A stretch of 64,000 nt of DNA from Candidatus Thalassarchaeaceae archaeon (GTDB taxonomy: Archaea > Thermoplasmatota > Poseidoniia > Poseidoniales > Thalassarchaeaceae): the NCBI GenBank assembly GCA_045568115.1, contig JBJLBO010000001.1, positions 82,213 through 146,212 on the forward strand, in the 5' to 3' direction. Of the stretch, positions 11,044 to 21,978 are shown one piece after another. The notes under the pieces are model-generated. The model was not told the origin of the DNA, made no database searches, and was given only the letters and a program-made list of their open reading frames with translations. The position numbers were made by a program, and so were the translations under genes. How positions within the stretch are numbered: the stretch's first letter is position 1; every line of letters starts with the position of its first letter.

Positions 11044-12267
11044 TTATTGCTCTAATTCGAATCCAACATTTTCAGACCATCTAACGACATTTAATTCGCC
11101 ATATCCATTTTTCAGGTCATGAGAAGAATCAGAATTCATAGCAGAATTTGCTAGGGCACGCTTAACAAGAAACATCCCCTCTTGATCAATTTCTCCATTA
11201 TCGCCACGAAGTTTTTCACCATGAATTTCAAGAATTATTGCTAAAGCTGATGATACAAGAACCGTTGAATCCGAAGTCCCACTAGAATAAGCATAAGATG
11301 GTTTTATTGATGTAGAAACCGTCGAAAAAATCATCACACCTGGTGCTGTCACCTCTGGCTTTTGATTTGGATATTGGCGAAGTTCTCCGGTACTAGGATC
11401 CTGTTCTGAACCCATTGAACTATTTCTCCATACTTCACCGTTTCTTGTTGTCGCACCAACTGCAATTACGCGCTCAATATTAGCAGGAGTAGATACATCA
11501 CTAACCGAAGATTCAATTCCATTATTTCCTGCAGCAGCCACAACAAATACTCCTGCATCCAGTGCTTCATTAACGGCCACTGAAGTTTCAGACTCAAAAC
11601 CTCCTGTACTTCCATCTGGATCACCTCCAAGACTTAGGCTGATTATATCGACATTCTGAGAAATCCAGCACCAACGAATAGCACTTGCAACGCTATCAAT
11701 CTGCCCTGCAGATCCATCTGGCCCTAAAGCAATTGCAATTGATACGGAAACTTCGGGTGCAGCACCAACATAGGTACTATTCGCTAACATCAATCCTGCC
11801 ATTTGAGTCCCATGATAATTTTGACCTACATCTCTAACTTCATCATTCTTCTCAACATAAAAATCACGGAAACCCACGAGATTTACTCCAGAAAATTCAG
11901 GATGATTTATGTCAATCCCAGTGTCTACAATGCATACATGTACCCCTTCTCCAAAGTAGCCCTCAGATTGTATTTCTCTAAATCCTGAATTTTCATAGGC
12001 CCACTCTGAGTCAGGTAGAATCGGAGCAATATAGGCTTGTATCCAGGGCCATGAAATAAGCAGTAAAATAGTTCCAATTGAGAACGACACTGCACCCCAA
12101 GGCCAAAGAAATTCTTTCATCTGACCTACTGGCCATCTCAACTCCCTAGCTTCTTGATCACTGATCCCATAGGCAGCACCAAGATAACCTGGTGCATCGG
12201 GGTCAACTGCAGTCAGAAGCCTAGTGTCTTCAGGCTCTGGCATCAACTCAAGATGTTCTATGACCAT
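11044..12267 (-). CDS. Subtilisin-like serine protease (peptidase S8) with N-terminal signal-anchor
   Basis: Catalytic-triad contexts HVCIVDTGID (Asp), HGTQMAG (His), GTSDST-like Ser region. TM FLWPWGAVSFSIGTILLLISWPW near the N-terminus. Confidence 0.75.
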   Translation of the reverse strand: MVIEHLELMPEPEDTRLLTAVDPDAPGYLGAAYGISDQEARELRWPVGQMKEFLWPWGAVSFSIGTILLLISWPWIQAYIAPILPDSEWAYENSGFREIQSEGYFGEGVHVCIVDTGIDINHPEFSGVNLVGFRDFYVEKNDEVRDVGQNYHGTQMAGLMLANSTYVGAAPEVSVSIAIALGPDGSAGQIDSVASAIRWCWISQNVDIISLSLGGDPDGSTGGFESETSVAVNEALDAGVFVVAAAGNNGIESSVSDVSTPANIERVIAVGATTRNGEVWRNSSMGSEQDPSTGELRQYPNQKPEVTAPGVMIFSTVSTSIKPSYAYSSGTSDSTVLVSSALAIILEIHGEKLRGDNGEIDQEGMFLVKRALANSAMNSDSSHDLKNGYGELNVVRWSENVGFELEQ

Positions 12268-12322
12268 GTCCTCGCCGATTCGCCTGCTACTCTACTAATG
12301 AGAATTTGTGTTAATATAACTC

Positions 12323-15300
12323 TCAGAATGGAGCACCGGGTCGTCGGGAACCGCCCCTTGTAAGATACCAACCCGCTAGAAGAAGCATTGCAACAAGAAC
12401 CCACATAATTGAACTAGTAGCAGTAGAGTCATCTACTGCTGGAGATTTCATAGTATACCTCTTTGGATCAAATTTATCAGATTCCTCGTTGACATCATCG
12501 CCCTCTAGGATAAAATCAACCCAAATATCATCAGGTTGGTCGAATGAAGTCATATCAAGATCTATGAAAACGAACTCTTCATTTCCAGCAGCAACATCTA
12601 CGGTTCTCGTAGTATTTATCGAAGTTCCTCTAATTGTAGCATTTACAGTGATTTGAGAAGCATCAACTAAGCCATTATTCTCAACAGTAACAATGAATGA
12701 ATTATACTGACCAAAGATGACATCAGAAGAAGAAACATCTGTGATTTCGGGATTTGGTAAGGATGTTTGCACATGAATAGGGATAGCTGGGTAACTACCT
12801 CCATTCTTATCTGTCACAGATACGCTAATTGTGAAATCCTCGTCTCCAGTCGCATTAAGAGGTGCTTTCACCTTAACTGTATGAGTCGTATCGGAAAAAG
12901 CACCCAAAGTATGGCTTGTAGAACCGGTCCTAAGCCAATTAGTTGGTAATTGACTATCATCAAATTCAAACTCAAACTTTTCATCACCGTTTCCGGTATT
13001 GGTAAACATAATTGGGATTTCTAATTCCTGCCCAGGTCGTATTCCATAAACTTCTAGCATTTCCTCTGTTAACTCAAATCCATGATGTTGCGGCACTCTC
13101 AATTTCAACTCGTGCTGGACCATATATCCGTCCTGTGAGCTGAATTTGATTGCAACCATATGTCCGTCAGATAGAGACCGGGCAGTAGACCAATTTGCAG
13201 GCTCAATTCTAACCTTGAGTTCCAAAGAAGTATTATCATTTTGTAGACCTAAGTTGAATGAGAATTGATTCTGCCATGACTCTCCTGTACTATTGTAGAA
13301 ACTTACATTCCAAAAATCGCCATCAGATCCAGGGACACTGCCTAATACTGAATATGTAGAAACAGTTTCGTGGCCTAGATAATCTAACAAGATTGTGAAC
13401 TCAACAGGGGTGTATTCTTCATCAATAAACAATATTTCTACATCTGAAATATCTCCATCCGATGCATTTCCACCAATCATAACAGTAGTATGTGTGTCAA
13501 TCTCATGGCTCGAACTTCGAGTGAAAGTAAGTTCATTGCTTACGGATGCAATGATACCAGTACTTGAAGATGGAATATTGATATTATTTGCTGCTTCATA
13601 ACTCATATCCCTATCCATTTGAGGCGACAGGAACTCACTATTTATTTCAGCAGAACCTGATGGCAGAAGAATTGAGAACCCTCCACTATCATCTAATATT
13701 GCATCCCACTCAAGACCATTACCAAGCGAAATTGTGAATTCAAGCTCAAAGACACCTTCAGAAGATAGATTATGAGATGAACCATCATAATCAATCCATT
13801 GAGAGACTAAGTCTAACCATCCTCCAAAGATAAGTTCAGAATCAACAGAACCACCTTCAGAAATATCAGCATCAACAATAGACATTGCTACAAGATTCAA
13901 ACTTTCTACAGAAGCTGAGATAATCCACTCTCCTGGCTCAACGGATGCATACCAAGCACCGTGCCAAGCACCATTTTCCATTACTAGTGTTGGAGTTACA
14001 CGATCCCTAACCAATCCCTGAGTTGGAATTAATTCCAGAACAATTTCAGAAGCAAAATCGTGGATATTGGAGTGTGTAATGTTTCCAAATATCTCAACTT
14101 GTCCTGCTGTAAGCTCAATTTCAACAGAGTTTGGTGCACTCATTGATATTGATTCACTCTCGTCTGAAAACCCTAATCTATTGGTTAAAACAAGCCAACT
14201 TGTGTTCACTGGGACATAGACATTCCAATCTCCAGCACTATCAGTTACTAAAGAAATATTATCTAAGCCATCACTAGTCATTATTACAGTAGCATTAGGC
14301 ACCCCTTCACCTACATCGGCATCATCATCGTCATCATGATCCCAGAAAATAGTCCCCGACATCTCAACCAATGTTGAAACAGACAAGTTTATCTGACCAT
14401 TCTGGCCTCTTTGTAGACCATCTTGAATAAGTTCTATTGATTCAACTAAGTATCTTGTTCGTTCAACTGTTTGGTTAACTTCAACATTCCACGAACCAGG
14501 ATAAAGGATTCCCTCAGAAAGACCTGATGCATCAGATAAATCGAGATGGACTTTACCAAGTCCTTCATTTGACGTTAAAGTAATATCCAAATTATCAACT
14601 GGGTTATTTTCCTCATCGGACATAAGCACTGTGAATGTTGCCATCTCACTTGTAGAAAGAGTGTGGTTCAGGTTAGCATTTGCCTCGGAGACTGTAAGTA
14701 ATGTACGCAACCCTTCCTCTACACCTTCATCTGAAGTAATTGAATCAATAACAACAATCCATTCACCCTCTGGAAGATGGTCTATGATTGAACCACTGGA
14801 ATCTGTTACTCGAGAAAGAATCCATCCAGTTTCTGAATTAATAAATTTGACATTCTGACTGACTAATTCAGAGCCTACATAATCTGTAATATTCAGACTG
14901 ACTCGCCATTCAGGTTCAAAACCGATATATCTAGATACGGAATCATCGGAGAAGCCAACATCGACACTTGTATCTCCAGTGAGTATCATAGTTCCAAACA
15001 ATTCATACAATTCTGGATCTGACAATTGAACGTCAATCCTGTAAGAGCCTGCCTCTATTGGAACCAAAGCATGCCCGAAGGAAGTCCAAACTAATTCATC
15101 AGAAGAAGAGATATTGTAATCCATACCTGCGTTGTTTAGTGATATTAATGAGAAATCATATTGCACAGGAGAACCATTACTAACATTATTGTCGCCACTG
15201 TAATCAAGGAAGAAATCAATTTCAACGTAAGAATTTTCAGGGAATGAAAGCAAATCGATAGTATCATTCTCGCCATCAACAATTAGGTGAGTTTCTGAAA

Positions 15301-18300
15301 TATTAAGCCAAGTCACATCTGTTGTGAAGGACCATTCACCAGGAGGTAGATCCGAGCTGAATGTACCATCTTCAAGTAATTCCATTACCCATATTGCCTC
15401 ATAAGTATCATGTGTCGCGAAAACAGTAGTGGGTTCCCAACCAATAAGATCGGAGGAGAATAAATTTCCGACTCTATTGACATTGATTGCGCCATTGACT
15501 TCGAATCCAGATTTAGCAACCATACTGATGTTTTCCATACCATCAGTAACGGTAAATCTAGTACCATTGACTTTATTCTGAACTCCAGCAAAAACGAAAG
15601 CATCTACGGTGACACCAATTGGTAATTCTACGTTGAATACTCCTTCGCTACCAGTAGTAGTAGTTGTAGAAAATCCATCCCAATAAAACTCAACGGTTCC
15701 GCCTTCAATAGGAACTAAAACACTGGTCTCTTCTGTTTCATTTGTTTGTACATTAATTGCTTCTTCAATTGATTCGTACTCAACTGACCCAGTCACAGTA
15801 GTAGATTCATGGAAAGTGAAATTATATTCAGAATCGGACTCAACAACAATTCTCTCCCAAAGTTGCATCATGGAATCGGATATATCTGAACTCAATACCC
15901 ATTCGCCTTCAATTAATTCAACATAGTAATGTCCATGCTCTGAATCATAAATTGCTATAACATCAGAATTAGAACCATCAACACTAGTCATTGTAACGTT
16001 AGCATCGATGACATTTACCTCTGTACCATTATCCATCCTGTCAAGATTGAAAGAAATGTCGTAAGTAACGGGTATTGGGGTTGGGAATTCAACAGAGGTT
16101 CCTTCCTCAGCGTCGAACACATGAGATATTTCGGCTTCACTGAAGCCATCCGAATCCATGTCTAGAACTACTGTGTAGTTTCCAGGAATAACAGGCCCAT
16201 AGCTGAACAAACCAGAATCGTCAGAAGAAATTGTGCAAGGAGCGAAGTAAACTTCTGAGCACTCACCATTTGTAATTACCGTGGTGTTATTAGCATGATA
16301 TAAGATTACAGAATCGACTAAATTATTACCATTAGAATCAACTAGCGTACCGTTAACAAATCCTCCAGATACATCAATCTCATTTGGAGCTATAGTACCA
16401 GAATATGGCACAGTGAATCCATCAAGAATATCAATCTTAGAGCCATCAGAAAATACAACTGAGACATCATATTTACCAGGAATAGCGCCCATAAGATGGA
16501 AAGTGCCTTCATTGACCATCTCTCCACTAAAGTGTCCCTCTCCACTAAACATTCCAGTTCCATTTATTGTACCATATGACTCTAGTGAATCATCACTTGA
16601 ATCGACTACAAATATCCCCGAGCCAGAAAGAGAGGAACCATTCAATGTCTGTGTAAAAGACGAGGTCCCATTGGATGTGAACTTTCCAGTAGCATTCACG
16701 ATTCCCTCAATTAGGTAATTATCTAATGATAATGAACAAATGCTGTGATTTTCAAGCATTGTTCCATTTTGGTTACAATTTTCGACTTCAATGGTGTCAT
16801 CAATTGTACCCACTAGTGTCCCGATTCCATTGAATTCACCATCTCCAGAAAGGCTGTGGCCATTGAGGATATTTTGTGTATATGTACCAACAAAATTTTC
16901 AATTGTTGCAATTTCTGTTGTTGTCACAGAGCCTGCGCCGGTAAATGTGACCTCACCAGAACCTTGGAATGTCAAATCAGAACCAGAAACTGTTCCCGTA
17001 GATGTTTCGAGAGTAATTGGAGGAAGAGAAATTTTATCCCATGAAGGAGATAATTCTACAACTGCGTTTGTGATAGCTTCTCCTGAAAATTGATCATGGC
17101 CATCCCATGTTAATAGTCCAGTTGCAAACGATGGCGCCACAAGTATGTCTGCATCAATATGGGATTCGCCATTACTATGACCATCTAAGCCAGATATATT
17201 GACTATTGTTTCCGCTAACCACTGTGAGCCGGAAACGTTTCCAAGGATTCCTGTTATTGGATTTATGCGACGTTCATCTGAGTAAGATTCTGTGGCGACA
17301 TCTTGTAGCATCCCCACTGACCCACCAGATAACTGAGATCGTGCAATGTCTAAATCAGGTTCACCAAAGAAAGCACTAACTCGAATTTTTCCAGCTGGAG
17401 CAATAAAGGAGTAAGCGCCGTTTTCATCCGCATCTACTGTACCTATTGGGATCCAATAAGTTCGCTGATCTCTATCAATTACATTTCCATCAGCATCAGC
17501 AATTTCTTCGCCACTAAAGGCATCTCTCTCTATTAAGATACGAGCGTTAGGGATTGGTCCTATTCCATCTAATTCAACAGTTCCTTCAATAGTCGCACCA
17601 CTGTAGTACTTGACAACCTTGACATTAGTATTTGCACGTCCAATTGCTGAGTACCCACCATCAAAGACATCCGGGATGCTGTTATTATCCTCATCAGGAG
17701 AATCGGAACCATCGTCATACCAATTTGCAATTACGAAATGATTCATCATTGCTCCAGGGAGTGGATATGCATTCTGAAGAGCTGAATTTGGAGTTCCAGT
17801 TGTACCCCAAGTAGGACCGGGTTGCACCACATCTCCAGATAGGCCTAAACTAGTACTGCCATAACCAACGTAAATTCTAGCAATCATTGTTTCGAAGAAG
17901 TCTTCAGTATGAGTGTATCGTATATCATTTAGACGTATGATTTGAGAGGAATCAGTTAGAGAACCTGATTGTTGTGCAACGATATCGGCCAAGTATGCTT
18001 TTTCATATGCTTCAGCGGACATTATTATTTCTGGATCAGAGCCTTTCTGAGTAATATATTCAGAAATCATATAGTCATTTGGATCAAGGCCAGACAAAGT
18101 AGTTGGCGCATAGAAAATCCCTGTAGTTTGGCCACGGTGATAACTTGAATCCTCGTAATACTTTCCACCTAGAGGATACAATCTGTCATCTACTGCGAAA
18201 TAACGGATATCATTAGTTCGAACTATTGTCTCGCCTGTTTGTCCCTCATAATCCTGTACCTCATACTCTATAGAAGTGCTCAAATCATGATAAAGATCCA

Positions 18301-21300
18301 CGATTTGATCAAGTGATAGAATCGTATTCAAGAATAAACGTGACAAGGCAAGGCGAGAATTGGCTCGGTGGAGGTGAGTGGAGATATCATCGAATTCTTC
18401 AATTAAGTCACTAGTATACCTATAATCTCCTATGTAATAGTGAGATATATCAAAAGAAATATCTTGGATGTTTTGGCACCGACCACCTGTCGATACAAAA
18501 GATGCGGCATCACATGGTAATGAATCGTTAAATGAATTCCTTGCAGCAGACTCATCATTCGTTTTGTTCCCAATTATAATACCGTTTTCTGTAACTTGCC
18601 AACTTGGCTCCATTGGAAGTCCATTCGAATCTATTTCAGAACCATATAATATCTCTAGAGAAACTGATTCACCAAATTGATTCACACCAGCAGCATGCGA
18701 ATATACAGCCAATGAGCGTGCTTCAACGAAAGAAGAGTCACCCATTCCGTAAGACATTATTGCTTCAAACTCACCTTTCTGCTCCTCAGTCATATATTCA
18801 TCAAGTATTCCTGAGAATTCATTCGTGAAGCCTGAGTCTGATTGATCATAACTCCTGTCGCCTTGAGCAAGGGTAGTGATGAATAAGGCAAGCGTATCCT
18901 CCTGACCAGAGGACAGTAACATACCTCCACTTTGTGGAATCCCTGTCTGGAAGTTATCTGCTACAGTTGGATGTTCTCCTGAATCAAGAGCTTGGAAACC
19001 ATAGTCCCACCATGAAACAAATGCAGGACGATTACCAAAGGGAACTTCAGAGTCCTGCTCAGATAGCCACTCATAGGCTAAATTCCATCCTCCGCCATTG
19101 AAACCAGGGCCAAATGTCCCCATGTACCAACAACCGTTTCCACATGATTCCGAGGGATTATGGTCAGAACTATCGAATAGAGAAAGACCTAAGGCCTCAT
19201 ATCTAAATATATCAGGAGTGAAATCATAAATGGTTTGGTCAACATCACTCGATGCAGTTTCTCCTCTAGGAATTCCTGAATCCAGCCCATAAGTTAGATG
19301 CTGAGAAGCAATTAACATGAAAACAAGCATTAATGCAGGAATCATTGGATGCTTCTGGCTAGCAGGACGAATTGAATTGAAGCGAGTACGCGGAGTACCA
19401 ATACCTGATCGGCGCCACTCCTTGACAAAGCCAGAGAAATTTGCCATCTTCCATAAAGACGAAATTCCTAGAGCACCTACTATTGCAATAGCAGGTGTTG
19501 CATTGAAGATAAATCGACCTGCAGACCATGCCATATAGATGGATATCAGAACCCAAAGACCAAGAAGGGATTTACCTTGTTTTTCATCTCGAGCCCCTCT
19601 CCAGAGAAGTATGAATGAATAACCCACTGCTATGAGAGCAACTACGGGTCCGTATGAAGCAAATAAAACCCCGCGACTAGGTGCCTGTGCTTCACCAATT
19701 GTTCCAAAAATCTTGTTCTTTGAGAAATAGAATCCACCGGTAAACAAAATGTCCCAGCCATCATAAATCTCTGCTTCTTGGAGTATCCATAGAATTGAAA
19801 GAATTCCTCCAAATAGAGCAATTCCACTACCTAGAATCAACAACCAAGGTTTATCTCGGAAAGAACAAGAAACCCATCCGAGAGCAAAGGTGAATCCTAC
19901 AATGTAAAACATTGGTTGGAAACCACTAGGAGCCATAAGAAGATTCATCTCAGGCCATATGTAGAATGGTAATGGCATAATGAATGTAGTTAGCATCATC
20001 TGCAAAGCTACAGAAGTCAATGGGAGGCTGTCCCTCCTGCGGAACATATTAAGTAGAATTTGGACTGAAAATGCAAGAAAGAGAATTCCTGGACCGTAAA
20101 CAAATCCTTTCCAACCTAGTGCAACAGTTGAGAAACTAATTCCAGCCAAAGTTGCATTTGCCATCGATTGAGGATTTCTGCGCCACATCTCTCGTATTCC
20201 TGCAATCAAATACAGTGGATTTGGGCTTGGATTTATGAAAAGCCTCTCATTACTAATTTTATCAATTGCAGTAACCCAGAAGTAAAAGGCTAGCGTAAGG
20301 AAAAGTAGAGCAAATGAATCGTGATCTGCAAGAGCAAATGTGGAATGACTAATGTGTCCTGGCATTAAAGCCATTAACCAAGCAGCTATAATTCCAGCCT
20401 GATTACTGTGCAAACGACGAGAAAGCCCAGATACAGGTAGGACAATCAAGGCACCAAATATAGCGGGGAATAACGCTACTGACCACCAAACTGACTCATC
20501 AGTTGACATTCCAGTGACCCACTCAATTGCGATTCCTCCAAGAGCTAAACACCAAGAGAAAAGAGGGGGTCGTGGATTAATTCCACCCATAGGATAAGCT
20601 CTATCTGCATCAAAAATCAAATGTGTTTGATTAGCTACTATGTAGTCGACTACCCGCTTCATGTACCAAGGGTCAGAACCCCCAGTCATATCCCACAAAC
20701 CAGTAATATTAGCATTCATTGCTGGAAGAACATTCCATCCGGTTCGAACTAAGAATCCGACTATCAAGGCAGAACCAACTAGTATGGAATAACTGTTGGC
20801 TTGCCACCATTGTCTAAACTTACTGGGTTCCCTTCGCGGAGAAATATCACCGAAATAACCTCTTGAAGCTATTAATGCAGCACCGACATTCAACCAAAAG
20901 GTTAGGCCAAACCATGTCCAAGTGCTAGCCGTATCGTTATTACCAAGGAATGTTAGACTAGTAGGTAGGTTGTTTCCAATCTCCACTAGGTGTGCCATTG
21001 TATAAATCACCCAGTTTATTGCAACAATAGATCCGATTACGTGCCATCTTTCAGTTCTACAGAATGCGACAAAAAGAATCACAATTGATGTTGCTAGTGC
21101 CCAGACAGAACCTAGGTAATGATGAGACTCGAATATATCAGCTTCAGTAATTCCTGAAAGCCATAATACAGGGACTAGATTTACAACAAATAGACTGATA
21201 GACGTTGCAATAAATTCTGTACTGGTTTTCCACTCAATAGACTCAGGAATTGCTGAAAATAGATTGTTTTTCCCTGATTCATCCAAATATCCACGAAATA

Positions 21301-21856
21301 GTATTGTTAGGATAGTCCCTAAAACTATTGAAAGGATCCAGAATGCGAAGAAATTCGCCCCTATTCCGGCTCTCTGAATATCGATTAATTGATTACTCTG
21401 CAAGACTGCTTCCTCGGCAAGAGATAGCTCTGGCATCCCTGCAGCATAAGATACTGCAAGATGGAATCCAACTACAATAGATAGCAAAATAGTAGCTTCT
21501 TCATTCCGATTAGCTTGAATCAAGAATGTTGTAGAAATACCCATGAAAGCAAAGGTCGAAATTACAATCGGATCGACCAATGAAAAGAAGTCCATTACCA
21601 CGGCCACAGCAACAAAAGCGAATGAATAAACTAAGAATTTGTTTGGTGTTGCAATTATTCCAATCCTTCCCAAAGCAGCTGCAGTAGCAGCTGCAACGGG
21701 GAGGACGACTAACTTTCCAATATCAATCATCACATCGTCAGCGAAGGCAGTTACTCCAAAGAACAAGACCAGAAGTCCTGCAAGTACCAAAGGAGCTGTT
21801 GCGACACTCTTCATTGAGTTCGCAGCGGCCTCCGCATTTCCTTTTTCATACGACAT
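12323..21856 (-). CDS. aglB: Giant (3177 aa) AglB/STT3-type oligosaccharyltransferase fusion: extra N-terminal polytopic membrane domain + STT3 core + ~1900 aa of CarboxypepD_reg/Ig-like beta-sandwich repeats + C-terminal TM
   Basis: STT3 signatures: the WWDYG motif inside PAFVSWWDYGFQ, and the EL1 DPWY motif inside SDPWYMKRVVDY, which resembles the eukaryotic STT3 motif EFDPWFNYR. More than 20 predicted TM helices lie in the first ~880 aa. Downstream are repeated DADGNxxxRDQRTYWIPIGTVDADENGAYSFIAPAGKIRVSA-type CarboxypepD_reg-like units. C-terminal TM IMWVLVAMLLLAGWYL. Confidence 0.7.
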   Translation of the reverse strand: MSYEKGNAEAAANSMKSVATAPLVLAGLLVLFFGVTAFADDVMIDIGKLVVLPVAAATAAALGRIGIIATPNKFLVYSFAFVAVAVVMDFFSLVDPIVISTFAFMGISTTFLIQANRNEEATILLSIVVGFHLAVSYAAGMPELSLAEEAVLQSNQLIDIQRAGIGANFFAFWILSIVLGTILTILFRGYLDESGKNNLFSAIPESIEWKTSTEFIATSISLFVVNLVPVLWLSGITEADIFESHHYLGSVWALATSIVILFVAFCRTERWHVIGSIVAINWVIYTMAHLVEIGNNLPTSLTFLGNNDTASTWTWFGLTFWLNVGAALIASRGYFGDISPRREPSKFRQWWQANSYSILVGSALIVGFLVRTGWNVLPAMNANITGLWDMTGGSDPWYMKRVVDYIVANQTHLIFDADRAYPMGGINPRPPLFSWCLALGGIAIEWVTGMSTDESVWWSVALFPAIFGALIVLPVSGLSRRLHSNQAGIIAAWLMALMPGHISHSTFALADHDSFALLFLTLAFYFWVTAIDKISNERLFINPSPNPLYLIAGIREMWRRNPQSMANATLAGISFSTVALGWKGFVYGPGILFLAFSVQILLNMFRRRDSLPLTSVALQMMLTTFIMPLPFYIWPEMNLLMAPSGFQPMFYIVGFTFALGWVSCSFRDKPWLLILGSGIALFGGILSILWILQEAEIYDGWDILFTGGFYFSKNKIFGTIGEAQAPSRGVLFASYGPVVALIAVGYSFILLWRGARDEKQGKSLLGLWVLISIYMAWSAGRFIFNATPAIAIVGALGISSLWKMANFSGFVKEWRRSGIGTPRTRFNSIRPASQKHPMIPALMLVFMLIASQHLTYGLDSGIPRGETASSDVDQTIYDFTPDIFRYEALGLSLFDSSDHNPSESCGNGCWYMGTFGPGFNGGGWNLAYEWLSEQDSEVPFGNRPAFVSWWDYGFQALDSGEHPTVADNFQTGIPQSGGMLLSSGQEDTLALFITTLAQGDRSYDQSDSGFTNEFSGILDEYMTEEQKGEFEAIMSYGMGDSSFVEARSLAVYSHAAGVNQFGESVSLEILYGSEIDSNGLPMEPSWQVTENGIIIGNKTNDESAARNSFNDSLPCDAASFVSTGGRCQNIQDISFDISHYYIGDYRYTSDLIEEFDDISTHLHRANSRLALSRLFLNTILSLDQIVDLYHDLSTSIEYEVQDYEGQTGETIVRTNDIRYFAVDDRLYPLGGKYYEDSSYHRGQTTGIFYAPTTLSGLDPNDYMISEYITQKGSDPEIIMSAEAYEKAYLADIVAQQSGSLTDSSQIIRLNDIRYTHTEDFFETMIARIYVGYGSTSLGLSGDVVQPGPTWGTTGTPNSALQNAYPLPGAMMNHFVIANWYDDGSDSPDEDNNSIPDVFDGGYSAIGRANTNVKVVKYYSGATIEGTVELDGIGPIPNARILIERDAFSGEEIADADGNVIDRDQRTYWIPIGTVDADENGAYSFIAPAGKIRVSAFFGEPDLDIARSQLSGGSVGMLQDVATESYSDERRINPITGILGNVSGSQWLAETIVNISGLDGHSNGESHIDADILVAPSFATGLLTWDGHDQFSGEAITNAVVELSPSWDKISLPPITLETSTGTVSGSDLTFQGSGEVTFTGAGSVTTTEIATIENFVGTYTQNILNGHSLSGDGEFNGIGTLVGTIDDTIEVENCNQNGTMLENHSICSLSLDNYLIEGIVNATGKFTSNGTSSFTQTLNGSSLSGSGIFVVDSSDDSLESYGTINGTGMFSGEGHFSGEMVNEGTFHLMGAIPGKYDVSVVFSDGSKIDILDGFTVPYSGTIAPNEIDVSGGFVNGTLVDSNGNNLVDSVILYHANNTTVITNGECSEVYFAPCTISSDDSGLFSYGPVIPGNYTVVLDMDSDGFSEAEISHVFDAEEGTSVEFPTPIPVTYDISFNLDRMDNGTEVNVIDANVTMTSVDGSNSDVIAIYDSEHGHYYVELIEGEWVLSSDISDSMMQLWERIVVESDSEYNFTFHESTTVTGSVEYESIEEAINVQTNETEETSVLVPIEGGTVEFYWDGFSTTTTTGSEGVFNVELPIGVTVDAFVFAGVQNKVNGTRFTVTDGMENISMVAKSGFEVNGAINVNRVGNLFSSDLIGWEPTTVFATHDTYEAIWVMELLEDGTFSSDLPPGEWSFTTDVTWLNISETHLIVDGENDTIDLLSFPENSYVEIDFFLDYSGDNNVSNGSPVQYDFSLISLNNAGMDYNISSSDELVWTSFGHALVPIEAGSYRIDVQLSDPELYELFGTMILTGDTSVDVGFSDDSVSRYIGFEPEWRVSLNITDYVGSELVSQNVKFINSETGWILSRVTDSSGSIIDHLPEGEWIVVIDSITSDEGVEEGLRTLLTVSEANANLNHTLSTSEMATFTVLMSDEENNPVDNLDITLTSNEGLGKVHLDLSDASGLSEGILYPGSWNVEVNQTVERTRYLVESIELIQDGLQRGQNGQINLSVSTLVEMSGTIFWDHDDDDDADVGEGVPNATVIMTSDGLDNISLVTDSAGDWNVYVPVNTSWLVLTNRLGFSDESESISMSAPNSVEIELTAGQVEIFGNITHSNIHDFASEIVLELIPTQGLVRDRVTPTLVMENGAWHGAWYASVEPGEWIISASVESLNLVAMSIVDADISEGGSVDSELIFGGWLDLVSQWIDYDGSSHNLSSEGVFELEFTISLGNGLEWDAILDDSGGFSILLPSGSAEINSEFLSPQMDRDMSYEAANNINIPSSSTGIIASVSNELTFTRSSSHEIDTHTTVMIGGNASDGDISDVEILFIDEEYTPVEFTILLDYLGHETVSTYSVLGSVPGSDGDFWNVSFYNSTGESWQNQFSFNLGLQNDNTSLELKVRIEPANWSTARSLSDGHMVAIKFSSQDGYMVQHELKLRVPQHHGFELTEEMLEVYGIRPGQELEIPIMFTNTGNGDEKFEFEFDDSQLPTNWLRTGSTSHTLGAFSDTTHTVKVKAPLNATGDEDFTISVSVTDKNGGSYPAIPIHVQTSLPNPEITDVSSSDVIFGQYNSFIVTVENNGLVDASQITVNATIRGTSINTTRTVDVAAGNEEFVFIDLDMTSFDQPDDIWVDFILEGDDVNEESDKFDPKRYTMKSPAVDDSTATSSIMWVLVAMLLLAGWYLTRGGSRRPGAPF

Positions 21857-21978
21857 TATTTCTCACCGTCATTTGTGCAGCCTAAAGGCTCAGCAGCGCG
21901 GCGACCTGAAGTCCTGTTATAACCGTTCGCGGTGGTCTCACTACTACGTAGTGTCGCTACATACCAATAATCTAATTT

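Noticed and set aside
21930-21960. Near-palindrome ACTACGTAGT upstream of the giant AglB gene as an operator site
   Set aside because: It is only a 10-nt imperfect palindrome. It is too short to distinguish from chance without comparative data.
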